DNA of 64,000 nucleotides from Mustelus asterias (taxonomy: Eukaryota): positions 4,216,001 to 4,280,000 of the forward strand of contig NC_135823.1 in assembly GCF_964213995.1 (NCBI RefSeq), in the 5' to 3' direction. The notes under the pieces were generated by a model that worked only from the letters and a program-made list of their open reading frames with translations, was not told the DNA's origin and made no database searches. How positions within the stretch are numbered: position 1 is the stretch's first letter; every line of letters starts with the position of its first letter. Position numbers and translations under genes: made by a program. Positions 1-10,124 of the stretch are shown here, piece after piece.

Positions 1-290
1 GGTGCAACAAACAGGGGAAATAAAAAAGAACATCAGTGAAATTAGAGTCACTACATGGTGAGAGGACCTCTGGGACTGGGGTTCAAATGCCCAAATCCAC
101 CCTTGGGTCCGCATTCTGTCACACCTGGCCGTAATAGGAATCCTACTTATGGCAGTGCCATCCTCACCTTTAAATTCTCTCGATGGAAGAAGGAATTTCT
201 GCAACACTTGGACTTGGCAAGGGCATCTGACATCGGGAAAGGCTCTAAAATCAAGAGCCTTGATACTCTCCCATTTATAGTTAATATGTA
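1..290 (+). pseudogene. Decayed env-like (viral fusion protein C-terminus) fragment, truncated by window start
   Basis: Frame from nt 2 reads VQQTGEIKKNISEIRVTTW*EDLWDWGSNAQIHPWVRILSHLAVIGILLM. After a frameshift it continues AILTFKFSRWKK. This gives a heptad-like segment, a Trp-rich region, a hydrophobic span and a basic tail, just upstream of an LTR-like block. Confidence 0.35.
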
Positions 291-440
291 CAGTCACTTG
301 TCACTTGTACTGTTCATTGCTTTGCTTTGTATATACCCTATTTATGTATTGCCTACTTTATTATTTTACCTGATTTAAATTTTTTGATACTATTGTGGGT
401 TAGGGATGATACTATCACTCCCAGATTCAGGGTACTTGCT

Positions 441-1344
441 TGTTGAGATGCATTGGTAAGAATTGTGTGATCCAGTTCGCTGGCGCTCACTGGATCAAAA
501 GGAGGGCGCATGGTAATATAATCAGGGTCTAGTTTTAAGGCTGATTAAATTGGTTATCCTAAATTGAAGAATTGGGCATATTAATATCAAACAGCCAAAG
601 CTTGGGCAGGTCAGACTTGACGAAAGTCAAATAAAAAAAAGTCACAGGAACATGTCTGGGCCTAGCCCATCAATCACCCTTCAAGGAAGATTGCACTCTA
701 CTGAGACCCAGCAGGAGATCATCGCACCCCATTGAAATGCACCGGCCTATTGTTAGAAGCCCAGATCGGGCCAGACTTTCCGTCACCTAGAGTTCCTGCA
801 GTTACCTTGTCTGGCACCAGGTTACATGAAAGCAACAGCATGGAGATGGACACCTGGGGGTGGGCCCCGGTGTCCTGTCAGGCAGACATGAAGAAACCCA
901 CTGGATATTGGGGCCCGCTCCCGAGACCTCATTGGTTGGAAGCCAGAGAAGTTTCTGGAAAGGCAGGAAGGGAGGGGGATAAAGGTACGCATTTCAGACA
1001 CACCAGCAGCGAAGACTTGACGAGCGAGGCAACCTTGACCATCTGGAAGACTGACCAGAGAAGGAAGGAAGAAGCTGCCATTGATACCTTCATGACGACG
1101 GACCAGAGGGACTCAGGGATTCGGGCCTGCAGTTCAACCAAACCATCTTTGTGGGTAGTATACTTGAATCTGGGGTATCCTCTTGTTTTATGTGGGTAAT
1201 TTAAGGGTTAATGGTGTTATTATTAATAAACTTATTGAACCCTTACTTGTATTTGTCCTTTGTTCATCTTACAAATAAGGGCACCGGGGTAAAACTTTGA
1301 GTAAGTAAACTGGTCGAAAGTATCTGAGAATTACAGGTACAACA
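441..1344 (+). mobile_element. LTR-like sequence (3' LTR or solo LTR)
   Basis: Begins TGTTG and ends CAACA; AATAAA at ~1225; no clear TSD. Confidence 0.4.
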
Positions 1345-1632
1345 TTATGTTAGTAAGTCTGGAAATGTTTATTTGAACACAAAAGTTCATAATGTTTAGA
1401 ATTATAAACACATTAAAAATGGTTAAAATGCCATGGGAATTATAAGATTTTCCCTTCTCAGGCTGACAGAGTAAAAAAAGATAACAGGACTTGTTAACCT
1501 TGACTGGAGGAAATGAATCGGCTCCTGTTCAAGATGTCTCAACATTGAATGGCTGATGTTCACCAATTATTGGTCAACACTCAGGCTACCCCAAGGTAAG
1601 AGATATCGTTTTGTCTTAAAATTAAGACAACA

Positions 1633-2848
1633 GGGGCGATTTTACCATTTTCATTCTAAGTGCTGAATCTGGACGCAATTCAGATCCGACTTGGAAATCT
1701 GCGCTCAGGCATCCCCATACACACTCAGCCTGAAAAAAAAAATCGCGGAGTTGAATTGCATGGTGGGCGGGGCTTATCGCATCCGAAACGCTGCAGCCTT
1801 TAACTGTGCATGCGCAGTGAAAAAAAATTTGAAAAACGCTCCTCTGTCACATTGCTCCTGGGCTACAAAAAGCGGATAAAGTGATGGCCCCCACAGATAT
1901 CGCCCCACCCCCACAACATAACTGTCCCCCTTATCCACCCACCCCCCTGCTATCCAGACCGATCGCAAGCTCCTGCCCCCTTCCCTCCTCCACCGATCGC
2001 CCACAGAGTGGCAGCAGACCCTCCCCTGCCCCACCCCCTTCTCCCCACCAGAGATCCATCTGGCCTCCTCCTCCCCCCCCCCCCCACCCCCCACCAGCAG
2101 AGATCCATCTCGCCTTCTCCTCCACCCCTCCACCAGAGATCCATCTGGCCTCCTCCTCCTCCCCCCCTGCCACCAGAGGGCGATCTGGCCTCCCCACCGC
2201 CAGGGAATCATCTGGCCTCCCTCCCCCCCCCACCTCACCAGAGAATGATCGGGCCTTCCTCCTCCCTCCCACCAGAGAGTGAACTGGCCCTCTTCCCCTC
2301 CTCCCCTGCCACCAGAGAACCAGCTGGCTTCCCACCCACCCCACCCACCAGAGAATGGTCGGGCCTCCCTCCTCCCCCCCGCACCAGAGATACATCTGAC
2401 CCGCCTTTTCCTCCCTCCCCCCACCAGAGAATGATCTGACCCGCCTCCCTCCCTCCCCTCCCCCTACCCCCTCCCTCCCCCACCGATCTGAGTTAGAGAG
2501 CCATTAGAAGCTCTGAACTTAACTCGTCAGAAGCTGGAGCGCCCAAAACAGACCTTTGGCGAGCATGTCTGTTTCGTGCCGAATCTGGATGGGCGAACGC
2601 GATGGTAAAGGGGAAAATGCCGGTAAGATTGGACGTCCAGCTCATTAAGTCAATTTAAATGCATGCAACTGCATTTAAATTGACGTCGTGCCCATTTTGG
2701 ATGCGGTTCTGATCATGGCCATTTTCAGGCCTTGGCAAAGTGGGAATCTGCACGGATGTGGGTGCAGATTACGTTATTCATCAAACGCCTGACTTGGCCA
2801 AGATTTTGCGCCTGAAAACAGGCACAACGCAATGGTAAAATCGGGCTC
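1633..2848. mobile_element. Non-autonomous TIR element (MITE-like) with internal C-rich minisatellite
   Basis: Left end GGGGCGATTTTACCATT and right end AATGGTAAAATCGGGC are inverted repeats; no transposase ORF. Confidence 0.65.
2010..2485. repeat. C-rich minisatellite (~33-35 bp unit), G-rich on minus strand
   Basis: Recurring CCACCAGAGA(T/G/A)..ATCTGGCCTCCTCCTCCCCC units; source of the spurious Pro/Gly-rich ORFs. Confidence 0.85.
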
Positions 2849-2944
2849 AATTTGTGCAATTAGCTAAAAACCAAACCAATTTCTTCATTAACAAGTTATA
2901 GACCAATTGGCTACTTTCCAACAATTGGCTAATTTTGAAAGTAT

Positions 2945-4535
2945 AAATTTGATTTGATTTGATTTATTATTGTCACATGTATTAACATACAGTGAAAAGT
3001 ATTGTTTCTTGCACGCGATACAGACAAAGCATACCGTTCATAGAGATGGAAATGAGGGAGTGCGGAATGTAGTGTTACAGTCATAGCTAGGGTGTAGAGA
3101 AAGATCAACTTAATGCAAGGTAGGTCCATTCAAAAGTTTGACAGTAGCAGGAAAGAAGCTGTTCTTGAGTTGGTTGGTACGTGACCTCAGGCTTTGCATC
3201 GTTTTCCCGATGGAAGAAGGTGGAAGAGAGAATGTCCGGAGTGCGTGGGGTCCTTAATTATGCTGGCTGCTTTGCCGAGGCAGCGGGAAGTGTAGACAGA
3301 GTCAATGGATGGGAGGCTGGTTTGTGTGATGGATTCGGCTACATTCACGACCTTTTGTAGTTCCTTGCAGTCTTGGGCAGAGCAGGAGCCATACCAAGCT
3401 GTGATACAACCAGAAAGAATGCTTTCGATGGTGCATCTGTAAAAGTTGGTGAGAGTCGTAGCTGACATGCCAAATTTCCTCAGTCTTCTGAGAAAGTAGA
3501 GGCGTTGGTGGGCTTTCTTAACTACAGTGTCGGCATGGGGTGACCAGGACAGGTTGTTGGTGATCTGGACACCTAAAAACCTGAAGCTCTCGACCCTTTC
3601 TACTTCGTCCCCATTGATGTAGACAGGGGAATGTTCTCCTTTACGCTTCCTGAAGTCGATGACAATCTCGTTTGTTTTGTTGACATTGAGGGAGAGATTA
3701 TTATTGCCGCACCAGTTCACCAGATTCTCTATCTCATTCCTGTACTCTGTCTCATCATTGTTTGAGATCCGACCCACTGTGGTGTCATCAGCAAACTTGA
3801 AAATCTAATTGGAGGGGAATTTGGCCGCACAGTCATAGGTGTATAAGGAGTATAGTAGGGGGCTGAGAACACAGCCTTGTGGGGCACCGATGTTGACGAT
3901 GCTCGTGGAGGAGGTGTTATTGCATTTCCTTACTGATTGTGGTTTGTGAGTTCGGAAGTTCAGGATCCAGTCGCAGAGGGAGGAGCCGAGGCCCAAGCCA
4001 CGGAATTTGGAGATGAGTTTCGTGGGAATAATGGTATTGAAGGCTGAGCTGTAGTCAATAAGTAGGCCGAGTGGCCTAATTCTGCTCCTATGTCTTATGG
4101 TCTTACCTTGATTAATAAGGGGGTCAGGGGTTATGGGGAAAAGGCAGGAGAATGGGGATGAGAAAAATATCAGCCATGATTGAATGGCAGAGACTCGATG
4201 GGCTGAGTGGTCTAATTCTGCTCCTATATCTTATGGTCCAATAAATAGGAGTCTGACATAGGTGTTCTTGTTATCTAGGTGTTCCAAGGTTGAGTGCAGG
4301 GCCAGGGAGATGGCGTCTGCTGTGGACCTGTCGTGGCGATAGGCAAACAGTAGTGGATCCAGGTAGTCCGGGAGGCTGGAATTGATTTGTGCCATGACTA
4401 GCCTTTCGAAGCACTTCATGATGATGGATGTCAGAGCCACCGGCCGATGGTCATTAAGGCACGCTGCTTGGCTTTTCTTAGGTACCGGGATGATGGTCGC
4501 CTTCTTGAAGCAGATAGGGACCTCAGATTGTTGTA
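2945..4535 (-). mobile_element. Rex1/Babar-type LINE, 5'-truncated, disrupted RT
   Basis: ORF pieces [67 protein letters not shown]; (TCAAA)n tail at 2947-2966; interrupted by a CR1 3'-tail insert at ~4063-4238. Confidence 0.85.
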
Positions 4536-4894
4536 AAGAGAGTCTCGAAAAGGTAATTTGGTAGTGAGAGGTGGAGAGAGAGAGATGTTTACGGAGAAGT
4601 GTTGAGAGCTGTTGGTTTTACAAGCTATCCATGTTTTCAGAGCCGTCACTTCATGTCCTGGTCTGAGAGGGATGGAGAGAAGTCTGTTCAATTGTTAAAG
4701 TTAAGCTTTCTCCTCTTGCTGTTAATCAACACTTTGCTTTTGATCTTTCTGCCTTGTTACATTTTTAATGGTTAATAAACTTTCTGGATTGACAATTTAA
4801 AGTGTTCTTTCTTGCCCTATGGTTAAGTCACTAGAACCTGGTTTACAATTAGGGAGGTTACTGTAAACAAATGAACCCCAGAAATCTTAGTTCA

Positions 4895-5100
4895 AATAAA
4901 TCAAAGTTCTTACAAATGGAGTGCAATCCTTCATTATGAGAGAAACTGAACATTGAAGTAAAGATGTTTTGCTTCAGTTATGCAGGGCGTTGCTGAGGCT
5001 GCATCTTGAATACTGGGTCCAGCTTTGTCTCCTGTTTAAGAAATGATACAAATGCACTGAAAGTGGTTCAGAGGAGGTTTAATAGATTGCTTCCCAGTTC
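4895..5100 (+). mobile_element. Degenerate CR1-type RT fragment
   Basis: Similar to the LYRALxRPHLEYCVQF / VQRRFTR coding region of the other CR1 copies. Confidence 0.55.
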
Positions 5101-5134
5101 TTGACCCTCAGTATAAATTTTGTCCGATATTCCT

Positions 5135-5275
5135 TGTCTTCAGCTCTGACAAAGGGTCATCCTGACTCAAAATGTTGTCTCTATTCTCTCTCTACAGATG
5201 CTGTCAGACTTGTTGGAATTGTCAAGCATTTTCTGTTTTTGTTTCAGATTCCAGCAACAGCAGAATTTTGCCTTT
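5135..5275 (+). mobile_element. Penelope-like element 3' end (pLTR) fragment
   Basis: CTCTCTCTACAGATGCTGTCAGAC...TTTCAGATTCCAGCA matches the 3' end of the Penelope copy at 59160-59245; degenerate hammerhead core. Confidence 0.6.
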
Positions 5276-5338
5276 ATACCAACTTGTGTTGGGTAAGGGA
5301 ATCAAAAGTATCAGGTGTAGAAAAGTAAAGTAAAAGGA

Positions 5339-5598
5339 AAGTTTATTTATTAGTCACAAATGAGGCTTACATTAACACTGCAATGAAGTTACTGTGAAAT
5401 TCCCCAAGTCACCATAGTCCGACACCTGTCCGGGTTAATGCACCTAACCAGCATGTCTTTCAGAAAACGGAGCACCCGGAGGAAACCCATACAGAAACGG
5501 GGAGAACGTGCAAACTCCACACAGACAGTGAACCAAGATAGGAATCAAACCCGGGTCCCTGGTGCTGTGAAGCAGCAGTGCTAACTACTGTGCTACCA
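5339..5598 (-). mobile_element. V-SINE variant with Rex1-like tail (type 2)
   Basis: tRNA-like head and V-domain as in HE1, but with tail ...CAGTAACTTCATTGCAGTGTTAATGTAAGCC...GTGACTAATAAATAAAC. Confidence 0.75.
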
Positions 5599-5989
5599 TA
5601 AGGAGAATGTGAAATTCACCACAAACAGATCAGCCATGATCTAAATAAATGGTGGAACAGATTCAAAGGGCCAAATGGCCTACTCCTGCTCCTGTGTTGA
5701 ACGTTGGTCTCAAATTCTTGAAAATTGTGAAACAAGGCTGGAAGATTAGCCTTGCCTGTGTTAGTGGGAAAATGTCCAGGAGATTAAAGCTTGCCAGACT
5801 GGAAAGGGAAAACAATGAAATAAACCCTCAGAGAGTGAAGAATCACTTTGGACTCATTCTTGGAGAATTGGGTGTCAACATCCCAAGGCAGGGAAAATAT
5901 AACCATTGAGTGGTAGATTTGATTGTGTTCAGAGTAAAAGGGCAAAGTTCAATTTTACAGTTTAAGGGCTATGTTCTCTACAAAAAAGT

Positions 5990-6115
5990 GACTCACCTGA
6001 TGAAGGAGCAGCACTCTGAAAGCTCGTGATTCCAAATAAACCTGTTGGACTTTAACTTGGTGTTGTGATACTTCTTGCCTACCCCAGTCCAAAGCCAGCC
6101 GGCATCTCCACATCA
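5990..6115 (+). mobile_element. Short Penelope-type pLTR with minimal hammerhead ribozyme motif
   Basis: TCAC-CTGATGA-AGGAGCAGCACTCT-GAAA-GCTC-GTGA followed by CCAAATAAACCTGTTGGACTTTAAC...CATCTCCACATCA; same family as 15640, 28368, 37615 and 45007. Confidence 0.7.
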
Positions 6116-6325
6116 TTAAAAAAGTGTTTAGTCATTGTTGCTTCCAGTTTGTTTATTGGAGTAAAAGTCATGAAACTTGAAGATTTTTCATGTGATTCTT
6201 TAATTTGTTCACTGGGTTTAGAATTCATTTCTTTAAACTATTGATAATTACAGAGATTCTAACAGTTCATTTAAAACACCAAGTTTCGACTTCCCACTTG
6301 AGCTTGGGGCACCCTTCTGTCTCTC

Positions 6326-6699
6326 ATCATAGAAACCCTACAGTGCAGAAGGAGGCCATTCGGCCCATCGAGTCTGCACCGACCACAATCCCACCCAGGC
6401 CCTACCCCCACATATTTACCCGCTAATCCCTCTAACCTACGCATCCCAGGACTCTAAGGGGCAATTTTTTTTTTTAACCTGGCCAATCAACCTAACCCGC
6501 ACATCTTTGGACTGTGGGAGGAAACCGGAGTACCCGGAGGAAACCCACGCAGACACGAGGAGAATGTGCAAACTCCACACAGACAGTGACCCGAGCCGGG
6601 AATCGAACCTGGGACCCTGGAGCTGTGAAGCAGCAGTGCTAACCACTGTGCTACCGTGCCGCCCCTGTGCTACCGTGCCGCCCCTGTGCTACCGTGCCG
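6326..6699 (-). mobile_element. HE1-type V-SINE (tRNA-derived), full length
   Basis: A box (TAGCACAGTGG) and B box (GGTTCGATTCC), V-domain, HER1-like tail; TCTCTC TSD; triplicated 5' 19-mer. Confidence 0.9.
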
Positions 6700-6912
6700 T
6701 CTCTCTATTGCTTGTGTCAATGACAGCCAGGTGATGGAGCTGAGGGCTGAATTTAGCTGAGAATAATGAGGCATGCTCCCCAGTTGGGAAACTGCCCTGG
6801 GCGTTGCACTGATAGAGAGACAGGAAGGTGCTGGAGGTCTGAGTGGGAAATGGGCCTCCAACCAATTGTTATATCGGTCACTCAGAGCTAAAGAGAAACC
6901 CGTCTCTTGAAC

Positions 6913-7715
6913 GTCCGGACAAATGTGAGGTAATTCATTTTGGAAGGTCTAATACAGATTGGAATTATACAGTAAATGGCAGAACCCTTAAGAGTATTGA
7001 TAGGCAAAGGGATCTGGGTGTACAGGTACACAGGTCACTGAAAGTGGCAATGCAGGTGGAGAAGGTAGTCAAGAAGGCATACGGCATGCTTGCCTTCACC
7101 GACCGGGGTATTGAGTTTAAAAATTGGCAAGTCATGTTGCAGCTTTATAGAACCTTAGTTAGGCAGCACTTAGAATATAGTGTTCAATTCTGGTCGCCAC
7201 ACTACCAGAAGGATGTGGAGGCTTTGGAGAGGGTACAGAAAAGATTTACCAGGATGTTGCCTCGTATGGAGGGCATTAACTATGAGGAGAGGTTGGAGAA
7301 ACTTGGTTTGTTCTCACTGGAGCGACGGAGGTTGAGGGGAGACCGGATAGAAGTCTACAAGATTATGAGAGGCATGGACAGAGTGGATAGTCAGAAGCTT
7401 TTTCCCAGGGTGGAAGGGTCAATTACTAGGGGGCATAGGTTTAAGGTGCGAGGGGCAAGGTTTAAAGGAGATGTACGAGGCAGAGTTTTTACACAGAGAG
7501 TAGTGGGTGCCTGGAACTCGTTGCCGGGGGAGGTAGTGGAAGCGGATACGGTAGTGACTTTTAAGGGGCGTCTTGACAAGTACATGAATAGGATGGGAAT
7601 AGAGGGATATGGTCCCCGGAAGGGTAGAGGGTTTTAGTTAAGTCGGACAGCATGGTCGGTGCAGGCTTGGAGGGCCGAAGGGCCTGTTCCTGTGCTGTAA
7701 TTTTCTTTGTTCTTT
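6913..7715 (+). mobile_element. HER1/CR1 LINE 3' fragment
   Basis: ORF with DKCEVIHFGR, HLEYSVQFWSPHY and ERVQKRFTRMLP; tail GGGCCGAAGGGCCTGTTCCTGTGCTGT + (TTTGTTC). Confidence 0.9.
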
Positions 7716-8157
7716 AAATACATATCCAGCGAAGAGGCTGCAATGAAATCTGCCCCTTTTAACATGCACAACAGCAGGAACTGAAATTGACAGGCTATTG
7801 GAGGAGTCCATTCAGCCCATCATCCCCCTGCTATCTCTGAAATGACTCTCTCATTCATCCAACTGCTTTGCTCTTTCCCACAGCCTGACAAATTCTTCCC
7901 TTTCAAGTCTTTACCCTTTGGAAAGATTCTATTGAATCTGCTTTCAGACAAATCAGAACAACTCGCTGTGTCAAAAAATAAAATCTCATCTCCCCCTCTG
8001 GCTCCTTTGCCAATTACCTTAGAGAGACTCATTTTCTGTTAAAGAGCCTGCCAACCCCTCTCACCCACTTTCCCTAAAGTGCATCAATCCCATCGGGAAA
8101 AGTCCCGCAAAATTAGAGCTGTCCTTTATTCTGCCATTAACACTTACTCTGGACCAA

Positions 8158-8430
8158 TGCTTTGTTTCTTTACGACAACCATTACCTCTCCCTTTGCCTT
8201 TTGTTCCAGGACATTTTTGTCATTTAATCTCACCCGCCCTCTAACCAATCCCTGACTTTCCCTTTTGTTCTACCTGACCCTCCCCCCTTTCTCACCAGCA
8301 TCAAACCCATCACATTTCTCCCTCTCTTTAGTTCTGAAGTAGAGTTACATTGGACACAAAACATTAACTCTGATTCTCTCTCCACAGATGCTGCCAGATC
8401 TGCTGCGTTTCTCCAGTTCTTTCTGTATTT
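8158..8430 (+). mobile_element. Penelope pLTR relic in ZNF 3' flank (inverted copies at ~19490-19761 and ~47610-47770)
   Basis: CTCTCTCCACAGATGCTGCCAGA motif and degenerate hammerhead core; reverse-complement match to 19490-19761. Confidence 0.6.
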
Positions 8431-8721
8431 ATTTTAGATCAACCTGTAGTGGTAGGAAAAACACGATTTACTATCTAGGATAAAATAAATGTCCTTCGTC
8501 AGCTTTTGTGGATCATTTCAGTGGAAATGTGCTCTCCCAGGCTCAAAGAGCATCAGCCACTGGAAGCAAAGTTGTGAGACCGGCCAGTCCAGCAGAAAGA
8601 AACCCTCCCACTTCACCAACTGTCAGAATGAACAAAATACCATGGATATTGTTTCTGCTTTCAATTACAGCCCTGGATGTAATTGAGAGCAGAACAATAA
8701 CAGCAAAATCTAGCCCTATAA

Positions 8722-9732
8722 TCACTTGTGAACTCGCTGGTGTGCCCGCAGGTTGGATAACCAAGTAAATCCCTTCCCACACTGAGAGCAGGTGAATGGC
8801 CTCTCCCCAGTGTGAACTCGCTGGTGATTCAGCAGGGCAGATGAAATAGTGAATCCCTTTCCACACACAGAGCAGGTGAATGGTTTCTCCCCAGTGTGAA
8901 TTCGCTGGTGTACCCGCAGGTTGGATGATGTTTGAAACCTCTTTGTGCAGTGAGAGCAGCTGAACGGTCTCTCCTCAGTGTGAATGCGCTGGTGGGACAC
9001 CAGATCTCCAGAGCGTTTGAAGCTGCTCCCACAGTCAGAGCATTTAAAGGGTCTCTCCTGGGTGTGAGTGACTTTGTGTGTCAGCAGGGCAGATGACTGA
9101 GTGAATACCTCCCCACACTGAGAGCAGGTGAACAATCTCTTGCCAGTGTGAACTCGCTGGTGTTTCCGCAGCATGTGTGACCTTCTAAAACTCTTTGTGC
9201 AGTGAGAGCAGCTGAACGGTCTCTCCCCGGTGTGAATGCGCTCGTGGTCCCTCAGATCCGCAGCACGTTTGAAGCCGCTCCCACAGTCAGTGCATTTAAA
9301 AGGTCTCTCATTGCTGTGAGTGACTTTGTGTCTCAGAAGGTGGGATGAAGCAGTGAATGCCATTCCACACACAGAGCAGGTAAACGGCCTTTCCCCCGTG
9401 TGAACTCTCAGGTGCATCTGCAGGTGGTATGACCTTCTAAATCTCTTTGAGCAGTGAGAGCAGCTGAACGGTCTCTCCTCAGTGTGAATGCGCTGGTGGG
9501 ACACCAGTTCTCGAGAGCTTTTGAAGCCACTCCCACAGTCAGAGCATTTAAAGGGTTTCTCCTGGGTGTGCGTGACATTGTGACTCAGCAGGGTGGGTAA
9601 CTGAGTGAATCCCTTCCCACACACAGAGCAGATGAATGGCCTCTCCCCAGTGTGATTGCGTCGATGAGTTTCTAGCTCAGATGGGAACCTGAATCCCTTC
9701 CCACAATCCCCACACTTCCACAATTTCTCCAT
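8722..9732 (-). CDS. C2H2 zinc-finger protein ZNF-1, 12 fingers
   Basis: Uninterrupted CxxC-x12-HxxxH repeats with TGERP-type linkers; likely start ATG at 9732 (ACCATGG); the ORF track starts at an upstream TTG; ends HQRVHK*. Confidence 0.9.
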   Translation of the reverse strand: MEKLWKCGDCGKGFRFPSELETHRRNHTGERPFICSVCGKGFTQLPTLLSHNVTHTQEKPFKCSDCGSGFKSSRELVSHQRIHTEERPFSCSHCSKRFRRSYHLQMHLRVHTGERPFTCSVCGMAFTASSHLLRHKVTHSNERPFKCTDCGSGFKRAADLRDHERIHTGERPFSCSHCTKSFRRSHMLRKHQRVHTGKRLFTCSQCGEVFTQSSALLTHKVTHTQERPFKCSDCGSSFKRSGDLVSHQRIHTEERPFSCSHCTKRFQTSSNLRVHQRIHTGEKPFTCSVCGKGFTISSALLNHQRVHTGERPFTCSQCGKGFTWLSNLRAHQRVHK

Positions 9733-10124
9733 GGTGCGGGTGTCCTTGTGACTCTCCAGGTTAAACAATCAATTAAATCTCACACAGAACACGGGTACAG
9801 TCTCTCCCCGCTGTGAATGCTGCGATGTATTTTCAGGCTGTGTAACTGGTTAAAGCTCTTTCCACACACAGTTCACTGGAACACTCTCACTCAGGTATGT
9901 GTGTGTCTCGGTGCTTTTCCAGTCACACTGATGATTAAAGTCTTTTGAAGCCGACAGAACAGAGAAACATTTCTCCTTCTAGATTCAAAGGTCGATATAT
10001 TCAGGTCCCAATGAATTGAGTGAGTCTGTCAGATGTTGACATGTGGGAGTTTGTTTCAAGAATTCTGTCTGTAAATCCTCACCTTCTGATAATCTGTAAA
10101 ATGAGTTTGAAAAAGTCATCAGTG

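Noticed and set aside
732-1199. 155-aa ORF as a gene
   Set aside because: Non-ATG start, no recognisable motif, lies inside an LTR-like block.
1774-2483. Long Pro-rich and Gly-rich ORFs
   Set aside because: By-products of a stop-poor C-rich minisatellite, open in several frames on both strands.
6580-6665. tRNA genes suggested by A/B boxes
   Set aside because: They are SINE heads continuous with V-domain and LINE-type tails; no complete cloverleaf.
9769-9771. Conserved TGA as selenocysteine or programmed readthrough
   Set aside because: Upstream frames carry copy-specific frameshifts and additional stops, the TGA is not at a Cys position and no convincing SECIS was seen; kept only as a minor alternative.
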